A stretch of DNA of 64,000 nt from the IMG/VR virus record IMGVR_UViG_3300025669_000020, positions 1 to 64,000 of that record. One strand, 5' to 3'. The notes beneath the pieces are model-generated. The model saw nothing but the letters and a program-made list of their open reading frames with translations, was not told the DNA's origin and did no database searches. Origin of the DNA: a virus. Shown here in pieces: positions 1 to 9,160 of this stretch. Position 1 is the first letter of the stretch. Each line of letters opens with the position of its first letter. A program made the translations under genes and the position numbers.

Positions 1-1
1 G

Positions 2-1597
2 CAGTGTGGCCATCAGGAACAAGTAGACATCACGCCAGGGAAGCCTGGTCAGGGCGGTGTCCCCCTTCAGGTCAGTACTGTCCCCCTGGAGGGAGAGGAT
101 GAGGGCGGAGAGGGAGAGGGAGAGGGAGAGGGCGAGGGCGAGGGCGAGGGAGAGGGCGAGGGTGAGGGCGAAGGCGAAGGCGAAGGCGAGGGTGAGGGAG
201 AGGGAGACGGAGAGGGAGAGGGAGAGGGAGACGGAGAGGGCGAGGGCGAAGGCGAAGGCGAAGGAGAGGGAGAGGGAGAGGGAGACGGAGAGGGCGAAGG
301 CGAAGGCGAAGGCGAGGGAGAGGGAGACGGAGAGGGCGGAGGTGAGGGCGGAGGTGAGGGAGACGGAGACGGAAAGGGTTCAGGGGGGGACAAGGATGGG
401 GACAAGGACGGAGATGGACACAAGGACGGGGGCAAGGACGGGGGCAAGGAGGAGGGCTCGGGTGAGCAGGGGGAGGCTGCCCAGGACAATGACGGGGATG
501 CCCAGGACGCGGATGGGGGCAGTGCAGGTGGTCACCATTGGGATCCAGATGAGATGAATCCCTGGGAGTCTCTGGCTCAGGATCTTCTGAACGACTCGGA
601 GGGGCTGGGGACGCTGGATGTGACCGATGCCTTGAGCACGGGAGTAGAGGACGCCTGGGACAAGGAAGAGGAAACCTGCAAGCCTGGCGAGAACTCTTGG
701 AGACCCTACACCACTCGACATGACAAGATTCTCGTGGTGGGGCCCTCCGCAAAGGGCAAGGCAGATGATGTGGAGCGGTCCCGGCAGCTCCTGGACTCAG
801 TGCGGCGGGAGTGTGTGTTCTTCTTGGCTCGGCTTCGTTCCATCGTGCTGGCAATGGCCCAGCGGAGCACCTACCACGGGCTCCCAAGGGGGAGGGACAT
901 TTCGGAGAGGATGCTGGTGGAGTCCGTGTCTACCATGCGAGCCGGGAAGAAGCCCACACGCGCCTACTACGAGGTGGGCACCCAGGTGGACATCTCCATG
1001 TCTGCCGTCGTGCTGGTGGATGAATCCAGCTCCATGAAGGGGGATGAGACGGACACCGCCCGCAGCCTGATGACCATTGCCTCGCCTCTGGACTCCTTGG
1101 GATGCCCCACTCTGGTCTTGGGTTTCAGGGATGGCCCCAGGGCGCGTGCAGAGGGTCCTGTCCCCCCTGGCTGCCACCGCACCGAGGGTGTCTGCATCGA
1201 CGTGTTCAAGAGCTTCCATGAAAACTTCACCGCTACCCGCTGGCGCTTCGCCAACATCAGGGCCACGGGTGGCACTCCCATGTCGGATGGTATCCAGATG
1301 GGTCTCCAGGCTCTGATGGAGCGTGCAGAGGCTCACCGCGTGCTGTTCATTATCACGGACGGGGGGCCCAATTGGAGCCATCGTCCTGTTGTGCAGCGGC
1401 AGATTCGTCTGGCCAAGGAAGCGGGCATCCACGTGATCGGGGTGGGGATCGGGCCTGGCTCCACCTACGTTAAGACCCTATTCCCTGACCATGTGTGGGT
1501 TTCGACAGTGGGGGATTTGCCCTTGGCTCTGAGCAAGAAGATGAATCTGATTATGGACTGGAGAGGGCTTCCCCGCAGATCTGTACGTTTGGACTAG
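2..1597 (+). CDS. CobT-like vWA domain protein with long Gly-Glu acidic linker (5'-truncated by window)
   Basis: The frame of ORF 554..1597 is open back to base 2 (QCGHQEQVD...GEGEGE...[13 protein letters not shown]). MIDAS motifs [13 protein letters not shown] and IITDG are present, and the gene lies directly upstream of a MoxR/CobS AAA+. Confidence 0.8.
   Translation, partial: QCGHQEQVDITPGKPGQGGVPLQVSTVPLEGEDEGGEGEGEGEGEGEGEGEGEGEGEGEGEGEGEGEGDGEGEGEGDGEGEGEGEGEGEGEGEGDGEGEGEGEGEGEGDGEGGGEGGGEGDGDGKGSGGDKDGDKDGDGHKDGGKDGGKEEGSGEQGEAAQDNDGDAQDADGGSAGGHHWDPDEMNPWESLAQDLLNDSEGLGTLDVTDALSTGVEDAWDKEEETCKPGENSWRPYTTRHDKILVVGPSAKGKADDVERSRQLLDSVRRECVFFLARLRSIVLAMAQRSTYHGLPRGRDISERMLVESVSTMRAGKKPTRAYYEVGTQVDISMSAVVLVDESSSMKGDETDTARSLMTIASPLDSLGCPTLVLGFRDGPRARAEGPVPPGCHRTEGVCIDVFKSFHENFTATRWRFANIRATGGTPMSDGIQMGLQALMERAEAHRVLFIITDGGPNWSHRPVVQRQIRLAKEAGIHVIGVGIGPGSTYVKTLFPDHVWVSTVGDLPLALSKKMNLIMDWRGLPRRSVRLD
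88..400 (+). repeat. GARGGN hexamer tandem repeat encoding (GE)n
   Basis: About 50 degenerate GAGGGA/GAGGGC/GAAGGC units with third-position variation, consistent with a coding GE repeat. Confidence 0.9.
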
Positions 1598-1631
1598 CTG
1601 TTCCAAGGCCCCCTGTCGGGTATAGGACATC

Positions 1632-2876
1632 ATGGAGGCCTGTATGGGCAAAGCCGTGTGCCGAATTTGCGGATACGAGGGTCACTGGCTCGGGGACCAT
1701 ATGGTGGACGAGCATGAGCTGTCCCTGGGTGCCTACCTGAAGGCATACCCTGGAGCTGCAACCGCTTCGGAACGGCTCGTGGCGTTGTGGGAAGACCGCT
1801 CCAAAGATGCCGAAAGAGCACATCCCGCCGCTACGGAGTCCTTGAAGATCACCTTCTGCGGCATCCCTGTACCCGTCAACCCTGATGTCCCTATGGATGC
1901 CTGCTTCCCTCTCCCCACCGCGTTCAGGGTGCCTGCCCATGGGGATCTCAAAGAGGATATCTGGCACGCAGTGGTGGCTATGGTTCGTGGGAGATCCCTT
2001 TACATCCATGGCCCCCCAGGGTGCGGGAAGGATGCTCTGTTCCACGGGTGGTCGTACATGACGCGGGCTCCTGCGGACATCTACAACATCGATCCCGATG
2101 CCGACCTCCGCCCCTGGTTCTTCAGCCACGAGATCACGCAAGAGGGGACTGTGTGGCAGGAAGGGAAGCTCCTGCAGCAGCTTCGGGATGGGTATGTGTC
2201 CCCCACGAGCGGACGCCGTATCCCCTATCTCATCCTCATCACGGATTTCGACCGTGCCACCAAGGCCCAGGTCGAGACCCTGCGGCTGGTTCTGGACTCC
2301 ATCCAGGGTCGTATCAAGGGGCCGAACGGAATCACCTACCGAGTCCTACCGGGCACCCAGATCGTCGTGACCGCAAACACGGCTGGTGGTGGCGATCCCA
2401 GGGGGCGGTGTATCTCCGCGAACATCATCGATGCCTCCATCATGGACCGCTTCGGGGACATGGGCGCTCGGGCTTTCGAGTTCCACCCGATGGCATGGGA
2501 GGATGAGGGTCTCATCGTCCGAGAGAAATTCCCCCTCCTGGTGGAGCGGTGTAACGATGTGTTCGAGCAGGTGGGAAAAGCAACCACAGCTCTCCGGAAA
2601 GCTGTGGCAGATGAGAGGTTGTATGCGGAGTTCACCCACCGATCCCTCTGTGCATGGCTGGGCCACACGGAGGACATCATCCGTGTGACAGGTGCCGTAC
2701 CCCAGAACATCCTCAAGGAAGCCCTGCGAGCTGTGGTGGACAAATTCGGGGATACCCACACCCGCCAGGAAGCCATGGGCATCATCGACCCCTTCATCCA
2801 GGGAGGGGTCGTAGAAGTCGGGGATACAAGCCACATCCAGAAGGAAAAGCTTTCTGAACTCATGGATGCACTGTAG
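1632..2876 (+). CDS. MoxR/CobS-like AAA+ ATPase with N-terminal C2H2-type zinc finger
   Basis: Walker A GPPGCGKD, variant Walker B LILITDFDRA, sensor VTANT, arginine finger IMDRF, N-terminal CRIC...H...H. Confidence 0.85.
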   Translation: MEACMGKAVCRICGYEGHWLGDHMVDEHELSLGAYLKAYPGAATASERLVALWEDRSKDAERAHPAATESLKITFCGIPVPVNPDVPMDACFPLPTAFRVPAHGDLKEDIWHAVVAMVRGRSLYIHGPPGCGKDALFHGWSYMTRAPADIYNIDPDADLRPWFFSHEITQEGTVWQEGKLLQQLRDGYVSPTSGRRIPYLILITDFDRATKAQVETLRLVLDSIQGRIKGPNGITYRVLPGTQIVVTANTAGGGDPRGRCISANIIDASIMDRFGDMGARAFEFHPMAWEDEGLIVREKFPLLVERCNDVFEQVGKATTALRKAVADERLYAEFTHRSLCAWLGHTEDIIRVTGAVPQNILKEALRAVVDKFGDTHTRQEAMGIIDPFIQGGVVEVGDTSHIQKEKLSELMDAL

Positions 2877-2923
2877 GCCCTCCGTTTTCCTGCCTATGGG
2901 CACCGCTAGGTGGGAGTGATCTA

Positions 2924-3079
2924 ATGGCTCATCGGCATCGCGTTCTTGGACGAATCACACGATTCAGTGCTCATTCCACCCTCATGGCTTTCCGTGCCTG
3001 CGGGTGGGTGGTTGTCATCGGCATCGTCCTCATCGCTGCCATTTGTCGAGATGGTTCTGAGGTTCGACATGAGGGGTAG
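2924..3079 (+). CDS. small predicted single-pass membrane protein (51 aa, not in ORF track)
   Basis: GGAG RBS upstream; translation MAHRHR...GWVVVIGIVLIAAICRDG...; preceded by CGTT-N7-CTAT at 2883-2897. Confidence 0.4.
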   Translation: MAHRHRVLGRITRFSAHSTLMAFRACGWVVVIGIVLIAAICRDGSEVRHEG

Positions 3080-3141
3080 GTCTAATCCCGTGTTATAGGG
3101 GTAACAGAGAGGGACACCACCCCCTCTTCCCTGGAGACAGG

Positions 3142-3510
3142 ATGCCTCGTCCTCCCGATTCTTTCCTCAAGACCCCTCAGTTCAAAGAGCGTCTCGCTGT
3201 GGCGGGTGCCTACGCCAAGTCCACTGATCAGGGAGTATGGCCCACCCGTATCTTCTGGATTGGGCTGACCGAAAACGTGATGGTGGCCCGCAGGTACGCC
3301 ATGCGCCGCCCCAACTACGAGGACAGCGAAGCCTGGGACGCCTACACCAACCTCATCGAAGCAGGCATCTTCTCCGAAGATCCTGAGGGGGTTGTGACCG
3401 CTCTGGATCACCCCTACTGGGGTCTGGACGTGAACTGCTACGTGTGGATGAACACCTGCATCAGCATCGCCGCTGGTGGCAGCATTCCCGACGAGTTCCC
3501 GCGTCGCTGA
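3142..3510 (+). CDS. hypothetical protein
   Basis: GGAG RBS, GC3-rich codons, fills the gap between neighbours. Confidence 0.6.
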   Translation: MPRPPDSFLKTPQFKERLAVAGAYAKSTDQGVWPTRIFWIGLTENVMVARRYAMRRPNYEDSEAWDAYTNLIEAGIFSEDPEGVVTALDHPYWGLDVNCYVWMNTCISIAAGGSIPDEFPRR

Positions 3511-3511
3511 A

Positions 3512-4327
3512 ATGACCCTCTACTGGGCCACACTGGATACGAACCCTCCCCACGCATCTTTGTGGGAGAGGGAGACCCCCGAAGAAGCAGATCCCGTGTG
3601 TGGGCCGTGTCCGCACCGGGATTTCTGCATGGGGAATCGATGGAATGAGCATGGTGGGCCCACGGACAAGGGAGACATAACCAGCGTCCACACCTGTTCC
3701 CTCTGTGCCGAAAAAGTGCTCTCCGCCTACACAGATGATGCCGAGGACAGGATGGTGCCTGACGAGTGCCGCAGGTGGAGACCTGACTTCGGCAGTGCAT
3801 GCGAGTGCAATGGCTGTATGCAAGAGCGGCAAGAGCTGGACAGGCTACATCCCTCATACGAAGCCCGCATGGGGGCTGTGCGCCACTTCATGCAAGCTCT
3901 CCTCGTGGAGAAAGAAGAACGGAGTGCGGACATCAGAAAGGTGGCTCGGGAGATGGCACAGGCCACAACACCCATGGCACACCTCCCCATCACGGGCAAT
4001 TTCACCCCAGCCTCCAAGGCCCTGGGTGTCATCATGGGACTCGTGCTATCCCACAAGGTGCTCCACGAGGCATGGGACGCCCTCGAAGACTGGCGGCAGG
4101 TGGAGGCAAAGTACAAGTGGCTGGAAGCCCTGCATTTGTCTCTGGGACGCCACAAGAGCGATCTGGGCAAGGTACTGCACGAGTTCCGCTTCGCTCTGAC
4201 GGATGTCGTCACTATCCGCAGGGTCTGGTATACGATCCCGCCCCAAGAGCGTAAAGCCATGATGCGGCTGTGGGAACAACGGCTCCGGGCGGGGCTCGGT
4301 AAAGAGTCCCCGCTGCCAGAGAGTTAG
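3512..4327 (+). CDS. hypothetical protein, Cys-rich N-terminal half
   Basis: ATG one base after the previous stop; CxPCxHxxxC, CSLC and CxCxxC clusters. Confidence 0.6.
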   Translation: MTLYWATLDTNPPHASLWERETPEEADPVCGPCPHRDFCMGNRWNEHGGPTDKGDITSVHTCSLCAEKVLSAYTDDAEDRMVPDECRRWRPDFGSACECNGCMQERQELDRLHPSYEARMGAVRHFMQALLVEKEERSADIRKVAREMAQATTPMAHLPITGNFTPASKALGVIMGLVLSHKVLHEAWDALEDWRQVEAKYKWLEALHLSLGRHKSDLGKVLHEFRFALTDVVTIRRVWYTIPPQERKAMMRLWEQRLRAGLGKESPLPES

Positions 4328-5025
4328 CCCTTGAGGAAGCTGTAGACCGCTGCCCTCTTGGTCGTCGTGGCTCGGAACCCCGGTGCCTTCTCGATGATCC
4401 CATCCGACTGCATCCGGCGGAAGCGGCGGTAGAAGTTCTTCACCGCGAAATCATCGCCCTTCACCACGGCATAGACAGCCCGTAGCTCGGCCACGGTGAA
4501 CGTGGGGGGGAGCAGCTCGAAGGCGATGGGGCTGTAGTCGATCTTGCCCCGGATCCTCTCCACACCCATCCGCAGAATCTCGGGGTGGTCGAAGGCCACT
4601 TCCATGGCAGGCAGTTCCTGCTGCACAGAGAACCAGCGGGCATCGGAAGCGTCATCACCAGCCTTGACCGTGAGAGCCAAGTGCGGAGGGACGAGGGCGA
4701 AGTAGGCGACCGTGATGACCCTGGTACGAGCATCACGGGATGCCTTTCCGAAGGTGTAGAGCTGCTCCAGGTAGCAGGAGCCTTCTGGGAGGCTGGTTTC
4801 CTCTGCAAGCTCCCTGTGGGCAGCCTGCTCCACGTCCTCGCCTTGTTGGTCTTGGGCATTGCCCACGTCCACAAAGCCGCCTGGGAGCGCCCAGCAGCCC
4901 TTGTAGGGGTGTCCCCGGCGCTGTACGAGCAGCACCTTCAGATCATTGTCGAGGATGGTGAAGATCACCAGGTCAACGGTCACGATCTCAGCGTCGTGGC
5001 TGAGCTTTCCGCTCTGATCTGTCAC
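4324..5025 (-). CDS. nrtR: NrtR-family Nudix/winged-helix transcriptional regulator
   Basis: VTVDLVIF, WALPGGF, AAHRELAEETSL (Nudix box with an insertion), LEQLYTFG..RD.R.RVITVAY, AFDH; C-terminal wHTH FTVAELRAVY...NFYRR. Confidence 0.85.
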   Translation of the reverse strand: MTDQSGKLSHDAEIVTVDLVIFTILDNDLKVLLVQRRGHPYKGCWALPGGFVDVGNAQDQQGEDVEQAAHRELAEETSLPEGSCYLEQLYTFGKASRDARTRVITVAYFALVPPHLALTVKAGDDASDARWFSVQQELPAMEVAFDHPEILRMGVERIRGKIDYSPIAFELLPPTFTVAELRAVYAVVKGDDFAVKNFYRRFRRMQSDGIIEKAPGFRATTTKRAAVYSFLKG

Positions 5026-5522
5026 AGCAGCTCCATGGTGAAGTCGTGGTTGTTGCTACGCAGAACCCTCCGAAAAACACGGGCCGCTGCGACACCCCTG
5101 ACATCAAGGATGGCACCCCCATCGACATTGAACCGGAACTTGGCAACACCCTTGTCACCACGAACGAGGGGCTCATGGTAGAGTGCGGTCCTGAAGTCCT
5201 GGAAGGTGGCATCAGGGATGTCCACCTGGGTCAGCTTCTGGCCGAACCTGGACTTGGGTGGAGCCTTGGGTGGAACCACCACCTTGGGCTTGGGTGGTCC
5301 CTTGTAGTAGAAGTTCAGCAGCTCGAAGGCACGCCTTGCCCTGGGGTCATGCTCACCCCGGATCAGATCATGGTAGTGGGGCTTCAGGATGTGGTGCTTC
5401 CAGTGGAGGATGTCCGCACCGGGGGCTGGTGCCTTCAGTCTCACGATTTCGAAGCACTCATCCCAGGTGTAGGTCATGGTGGGGTTGCTGGGAAGATGGC
5501 TGAAACAGGGGATTCCGGTCAT
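5022..5522 (-). CDS. hypothetical protein (possible degenerate J-domain-like helix pair)
   Basis: Co-operonic overlap with nrtR. PHYHD...ARRAFELLNFYY weakly resembles a J-domain helix II-III but lacks HPD. Confidence 0.5.
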   Translation of the reverse strand: MTGIPCFSHLPSNPTMTYTWDECFEIVRLKAPAPGADILHWKHHILKPHYHDLIRGEHDPRARRAFELLNFYYKGPPKPKVVVPPKAPPKSRFGQKLTQVDIPDATFQDFRTALYHEPLVRGDKGVAKFRFNVDGGAILDVRGVAAARVFRRVLRSNNHDFTMELL

Positions 5523-5526
5523 GGGG

Positions 5527-7224
5527 TTACCTCATTTTCATGTGGACGACAGTGTTTCCTCTCAGGAACACTACCCGTCCAGTGTGCTTGTGGAGCCGCA
5601 TGTCCGCTCCCAGCACAGGATCCTTGACCACCTTGACACCCGTAGCTCCGCGCTTCCTGGAGAACAGTTCCAAGTCCTCATCCTCGTTGATGGAGGCACA
5701 CACACCAGAGTCCAGGGACACGAAGTTCAAGCCCATGGGGGTGGTGTCGGAGATGACGCGGACATCGTAATCCTGGTAGTCATTGCTGAACCGGAACACG
5801 AGTCGGTCGTACTTGCCCTTCTTGGCTGCAACGACCATGAGCACGTTCTTGTCGGCCTTGGCGTCCGTGATGCGGTATCCGTCCAGCTCCTTCAGGTGGA
5901 CATGGTAGCTGAGGCCCAGGGAGGGGAACGTCGTGGCGTAGGTCGCTCCCATCATGTTCTGGAAACACACCCCTGGGTAGAGCGTTGTCGCATTGGGCAG
6001 GCAGGAGGCAGCCACCCGCGTCGTGGCAAGGAGCCTGCTGCCGATCTCCGTCAAGAGGATTTCCACGATCTGGTTATCCACCTTGAGGTAGATGCCACCG
6101 TCCGTGGACATCGCCTGATCTGCAAGCAGGGGCACCTCGATCTGCTTTTTGTCCACGGTGTCAAAGAGCTGGAGCCGCTGGGACTCCAACCAGCCCACCA
6201 CGGGCTTGTTCTGCTTGGGGGTGAACACTGCCCCCACGAGGTTCTGGACGGCGGGCCCCACCTTGTACTTGTCCCTGTAGATGCCATCCGCACACACAGA
6301 GACTACGGAGCCCATGTGTTCCCAGGTTCCCATGAGGGTGCTCCCCAGAGCCAGGAGATCCTTGAACACGAGGTTCTGCGTCCCCGAGAGGGTACGGATG
6401 ATGGGGGTGATGATGATGGCTCCGGAGAAGTCCGTGGGGGGAGCCATGCGCTTGCCATCCCGAAGGACAGCCTTGTACCACTCCAGGTAGATGGAGGGGA
6501 TCACATCCAGGGGGTAAACTGCCTTGGGCAGCTTGACAGCGGAGTCGAAGACAGAGATGCCTGCCTGCATCCGGTCTTCCATCTTTCGGATGCTGGGGTG
6601 CTTGCCCTTGAAGGGGTGGATGCCTGTGAAGAGCTGGAAAGAGACACAGGCGAACCCGAACCAGTCCGACCCCTCGGAGAAGCGGTTGTGCGTGACCTGT
6701 GGGTCCTTCACGGAAGCCATGATGGCTGTCGCGGGGTAGCGGCGTGTCTGGTAGGAGGCTGCATCGATGGCGAAGACATCATCGAATTTCTTGCCCACCA
6801 GGAAGTTCATCTCGTTGGGGTCTACCAGCAGGACACCCGCCCTGTGGACAGAGTCGAAAATCCCCCGCAGGTTCTTCACCAGCTTTTGGATGTGGTCAGG
6901 GGTGATCCCGTGCCTGTTGCGGAACGGGGGTGGGAACAACTGGCAGAGAACCCATACATCCTCTCCAGCCTTGCCCAGGAACTTCATCGTGTGCCCGACA
7001 GGGCGACCCCGACTGTCTAGCAGAAGCCTCTCAGGTTTGATGACGTGGGGATCATGAATGTCCCCCAGCTCTTGCATCTTCCCCAGGGGGATCATGTTGG
7101 CGGGGTCCTTGTAGACCCTGTACGCCACATTGCCTTGTGCGTACACCTCAGCCTCTCCACCGCTGGCTACGAAGTCCTGCTTGGAGAGGTTGACGGTGCC
7201 CTGGCCCTGGACTGTGAGCTTCAT
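5527..7224 (-). CDS. YegI/TerY-P-type Ser/Thr kinase-like protein with beta-rich C-terminal domain
   Basis: Gly-loop ASGGEAEVY, catalytic loop HRAGVLLVDPNEMNFLV, IDAASYQ, SDWFGF, GIHPFKG; ATGA overlap with the PP2C stop. Confidence 0.8.
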   Translation of the reverse strand: MKLTVQGQGTVNLSKQDFVASGGEAEVYAQGNVAYRVYKDPANMIPLGKMQELGDIHDPHVIKPERLLLDSRGRPVGHTMKFLGKAGEDVWVLCQLFPPPFRNRHGITPDHIQKLVKNLRGIFDSVHRAGVLLVDPNEMNFLVGKKFDDVFAIDAASYQTRRYPATAIMASVKDPQVTHNRFSEGSDWFGFACVSFQLFTGIHPFKGKHPSIRKMEDRMQAGISVFDSAVKLPKAVYPLDVIPSIYLEWYKAVLRDGKRMAPPTDFSGAIIITPIIRTLSGTQNLVFKDLLALGSTLMGTWEHMGSVVSVCADGIYRDKYKVGPAVQNLVGAVFTPKQNKPVVGWLESQRLQLFDTVDKKQIEVPLLADQAMSTDGGIYLKVDNQIVEILLTEIGSRLLATTRVAASCLPNATTLYPGVCFQNMMGATYATTFPSLGLSYHVHLKELDGYRITDAKADKNVLMVVAAKKGKYDRLVFRFSNDYQDYDVRVISDTTPMGLNFVSLDSGVCASINEDEDLELFSRKRGATGVKVVKDPVLGADMRLHKHTGRVVFLRGNTVVHMKMR

Positions 7225-8093
7225 GACTGCTCCACCGGCTCGGTGAGAGTGATGCCTGCTGCTGCCACGTCGTCGTAGTGCTGCCATTCCAGCCGGGGGA
7301 CAGCCCTCTCCAGGAAGCGCTTCATCCGCTTGGTCACGAAGGGCCCCTTCAGACTCTTCATGGCTGTCATGTGGGACATGACCTCCAGGAACGGGACAGG
7401 CTCGAAGGTGCCCGGTGCCACCTTCTTCTGGAAGGACTCCACCCCGTCAGAGCACACCATGACGAAATCGTACTCCTGGGCAGGGAAATCCACCACCCTC
7501 CAGAAGCCTTGGGGGCTCAGGGTCCCATCCTCCCCGATGCGGTAGGAGACATCTCCCGTCTCCGTGTCCTGGTGAACACCGTCCAGAGTGCGGTACATCG
7601 CCCAGCTGTTGTAGCCCTGGTCGATATACCTATCCAGACGCTCCTTCTCCAGCGTGTAGGTCAGGTAGCCAGGAGCCACGAGCCCCGATTCACCTGGGAG
7701 GAACAGCATCCTCCAGATCTCGATCTCTCCCGTGCGACGCCGGGCAGCCAAGGCACCGTCACCCACCAGGAAGGCCCGCACGTCACCATTGGCCTTCTGG
7801 AACAAGGTCATGAGGGTGGCATCCAGGCAGGTGTGCGGGAGCCGCATCCCTCGGGCAGCACTCAGAGCCTGCCACACCACACCAGAGGGCTCGAAGAAGT
7901 CTCCCGAGAGCATCATCCGCTCTTGGGCGGCGATGGTCATGAGCCGGGAGCCAAAGTCCGTGTCGGGGGATGAGGAACACCCGTCCGATACGATAGCGAA
8001 GGCTCTGCCATCGGGCAGCAAACCTGCCCTGGCGTAGTCCTCGCAGACCCTGTGAGTCTTCCCGATGCTAAAATGGGCGTCCGCAGTTGCCAC
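7221..8093 (-). CDS. PP2C-like protein phosphatase (YegK/TerY-P type)
   Basis: GKTH..CEDY, IVSDGCSS, ATL, VGDG, VCSDG, DDVA; GTG start with AAGGAG RBS. Confidence 0.85.
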   Translation of the reverse strand: MATADAHFSIGKTHRVCEDYARAGLLPDGRAFAIVSDGCSSSPDTDFGSRLMTIAAQERMMLSGDFFEPSGVVWQALSAARGMRLPHTCLDATLMTLFQKANGDVRAFLVGDGALAARRRTGEIEIWRMLFLPGESGLVAPGYLTYTLEKERLDRYIDQGYNSWAMYRTLDGVHQDTETGDVSYRIGEDGTLSPQGFWRVVDFPAQEYDFVMVCSDGVESFQKKVAPGTFEPVPFLEVMSHMTAMKSLKGPFVTKRMKRFLERAVPRLEWQHYDDVAAAGITLTEPVEQS

Positions 8094-8331
8094 CGGAGGA
8101 TGCTCCTTCGGCGTACTCAACCTCGTCTGAGGGGTACACCATGGTGAGGTGATGTTCCGAGAAGACCGCCACGTAGTCCTCCCGCAGCACCACGAAAGCG
8201 TTCTGTAGAATGAAGGTGGAGCCGTCCATGTGGTGCAGCTCCACCTCATTCCCGAACCGGGGGTCATCAGCCAGGAGCGTGAGCTTGTAGGCTATCACCC
8301 AGGTGAGAACTTCCTGGTAGGAGTCTGACAT
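8068..8331 (-). CDS. hypothetical protein within TerY-P triad
   Basis: Start overlaps the terY stop; the 87-aa ORF overlaps the PP2C start. Confidence 0.55.
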   Translation of the reverse strand: MSDSYQEVLTWVIAYKLTLLADDPRFGNEVELHHMDGSTFILQNAFVVLREDYVAVFSEHHLTMVYPSDEVEYAEGASSGGNCGRPF

Positions 8332-9101
8332 CAGATAGCCAGGGAGCTGGGATCGATGGTCTGGCTCGGGCCACCCGTCCCGAGGGACTGCGACTGGCTG
8401 GAGATGGACTGGCTGACGAAAGCGACCAGGGTGGGAATGTGGTCGAGATCCGCGTACTGGTCGAAGCCCACGTCCTTGTTGAACTTGTCCAGGTAGTCCT
8501 TGACGTACTGGTTGGGCGTGTTGACCCCGATGAGGATGGACAGGACGCTCTCCAGCCCTTCCTCCGCGTCGGGACCACCATGGACACCACGCGCCTTGTC
8601 CAGGGCATCCTTGACGGCGTGCATGGAGCAGGTGGAGTCGTTGTCCAGGCCATCCGTGATCACGAAGACGATGGCGTTGGCGGTCAGATCCTCGTCCTTG
8701 TACATCCGACGACCGTAGTCATCGGCGGAGGAGACACTGGACACGGCGGCGTCATAGAGCTTGGTGCTGTGCCCCACGATCTTGACCTGGCCGGTGTAGT
8801 CGCTGGGGTTGATGGACATCAGCTCGCGGAAGCCGTGGATCTCGCCCAGGCGGGAGTCGAAGGTGATGACCCGCAGGAGGAGGTTGTCGGCGCGGGGGAG
8901 CTTCCGGCACTTCTCCACGATCTCCTTCAGGCCATCTTCGATCTGCTGGCGGAAGGGGGACACGGAGGGGGAGGTGTCGAGAGCGATCACGACGATGGTG
9001 TACTCCAGGGACTCCAACTCATCGACGCCGACGCCGGAGTAGCCGAAGGTGGTGCCACCGATGGTAGCGGAGGACTGCTGCATGGACTGTGAAGGGCTCA
9101 T
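8331..9101 (-). CDS. TerY/YegL-like vWA domain protein
   Basis: MIDAS IALDTSPSV, TKLYDA, VITDG; adjacent to PP2C and kinase; GGAG RBS. Confidence 0.8.
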   Translation of the reverse strand: MSPSQSMQQSSATIGGTTFGYSGVGVDELESLEYTIVVIALDTSPSVSPFRQQIEDGLKEIVEKCRKLPRADNLLLRVITFDSRLGEIHGFRELMSINPSDYTGQVKIVGHSTKLYDAAVSSVSSADDYGRRMYKDEDLTANAIVFVITDGLDNDSTCSMHAVKDALDKARGVHGGPDAEEGLESVLSILIGVNTPNQYVKDYLDKFNKDVGFDQYADLDHIPTLVAFVSQSISSQSQSLGTGGPSQTIDPSSLAI

Positions 9102-9160
9102 TTAGAGACTCCGGTGATGCTCCTATATCTCGCCTTGTGTTAGAGAGACAGGAGGTGGTT

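Noticed and set aside
57-887. ORF-track proteins with (RE/RA)n, (PS)n and (LP/RP)n repeats
   Set aside because: These are alternative-frame and antisense readings of the GE hexamer repeat; the frame continuous with the vWA domain is the real one.
2-2876. CobS/CobT as cobalamin synthesis feeding the B12-dependent RNR
   Set aside because: No CobN or other cob genes in the window; MoxR-vWA pairs in phages are more plausibly chaperones.
5476-7020. Long antisense ORFs (e.g. 5476-7020, 11166-12371, 12434-14035, 28160-29758)
   Set aside because: These are shadow ORFs expected opposite high-GC3 genes; they have no motifs or RBS.
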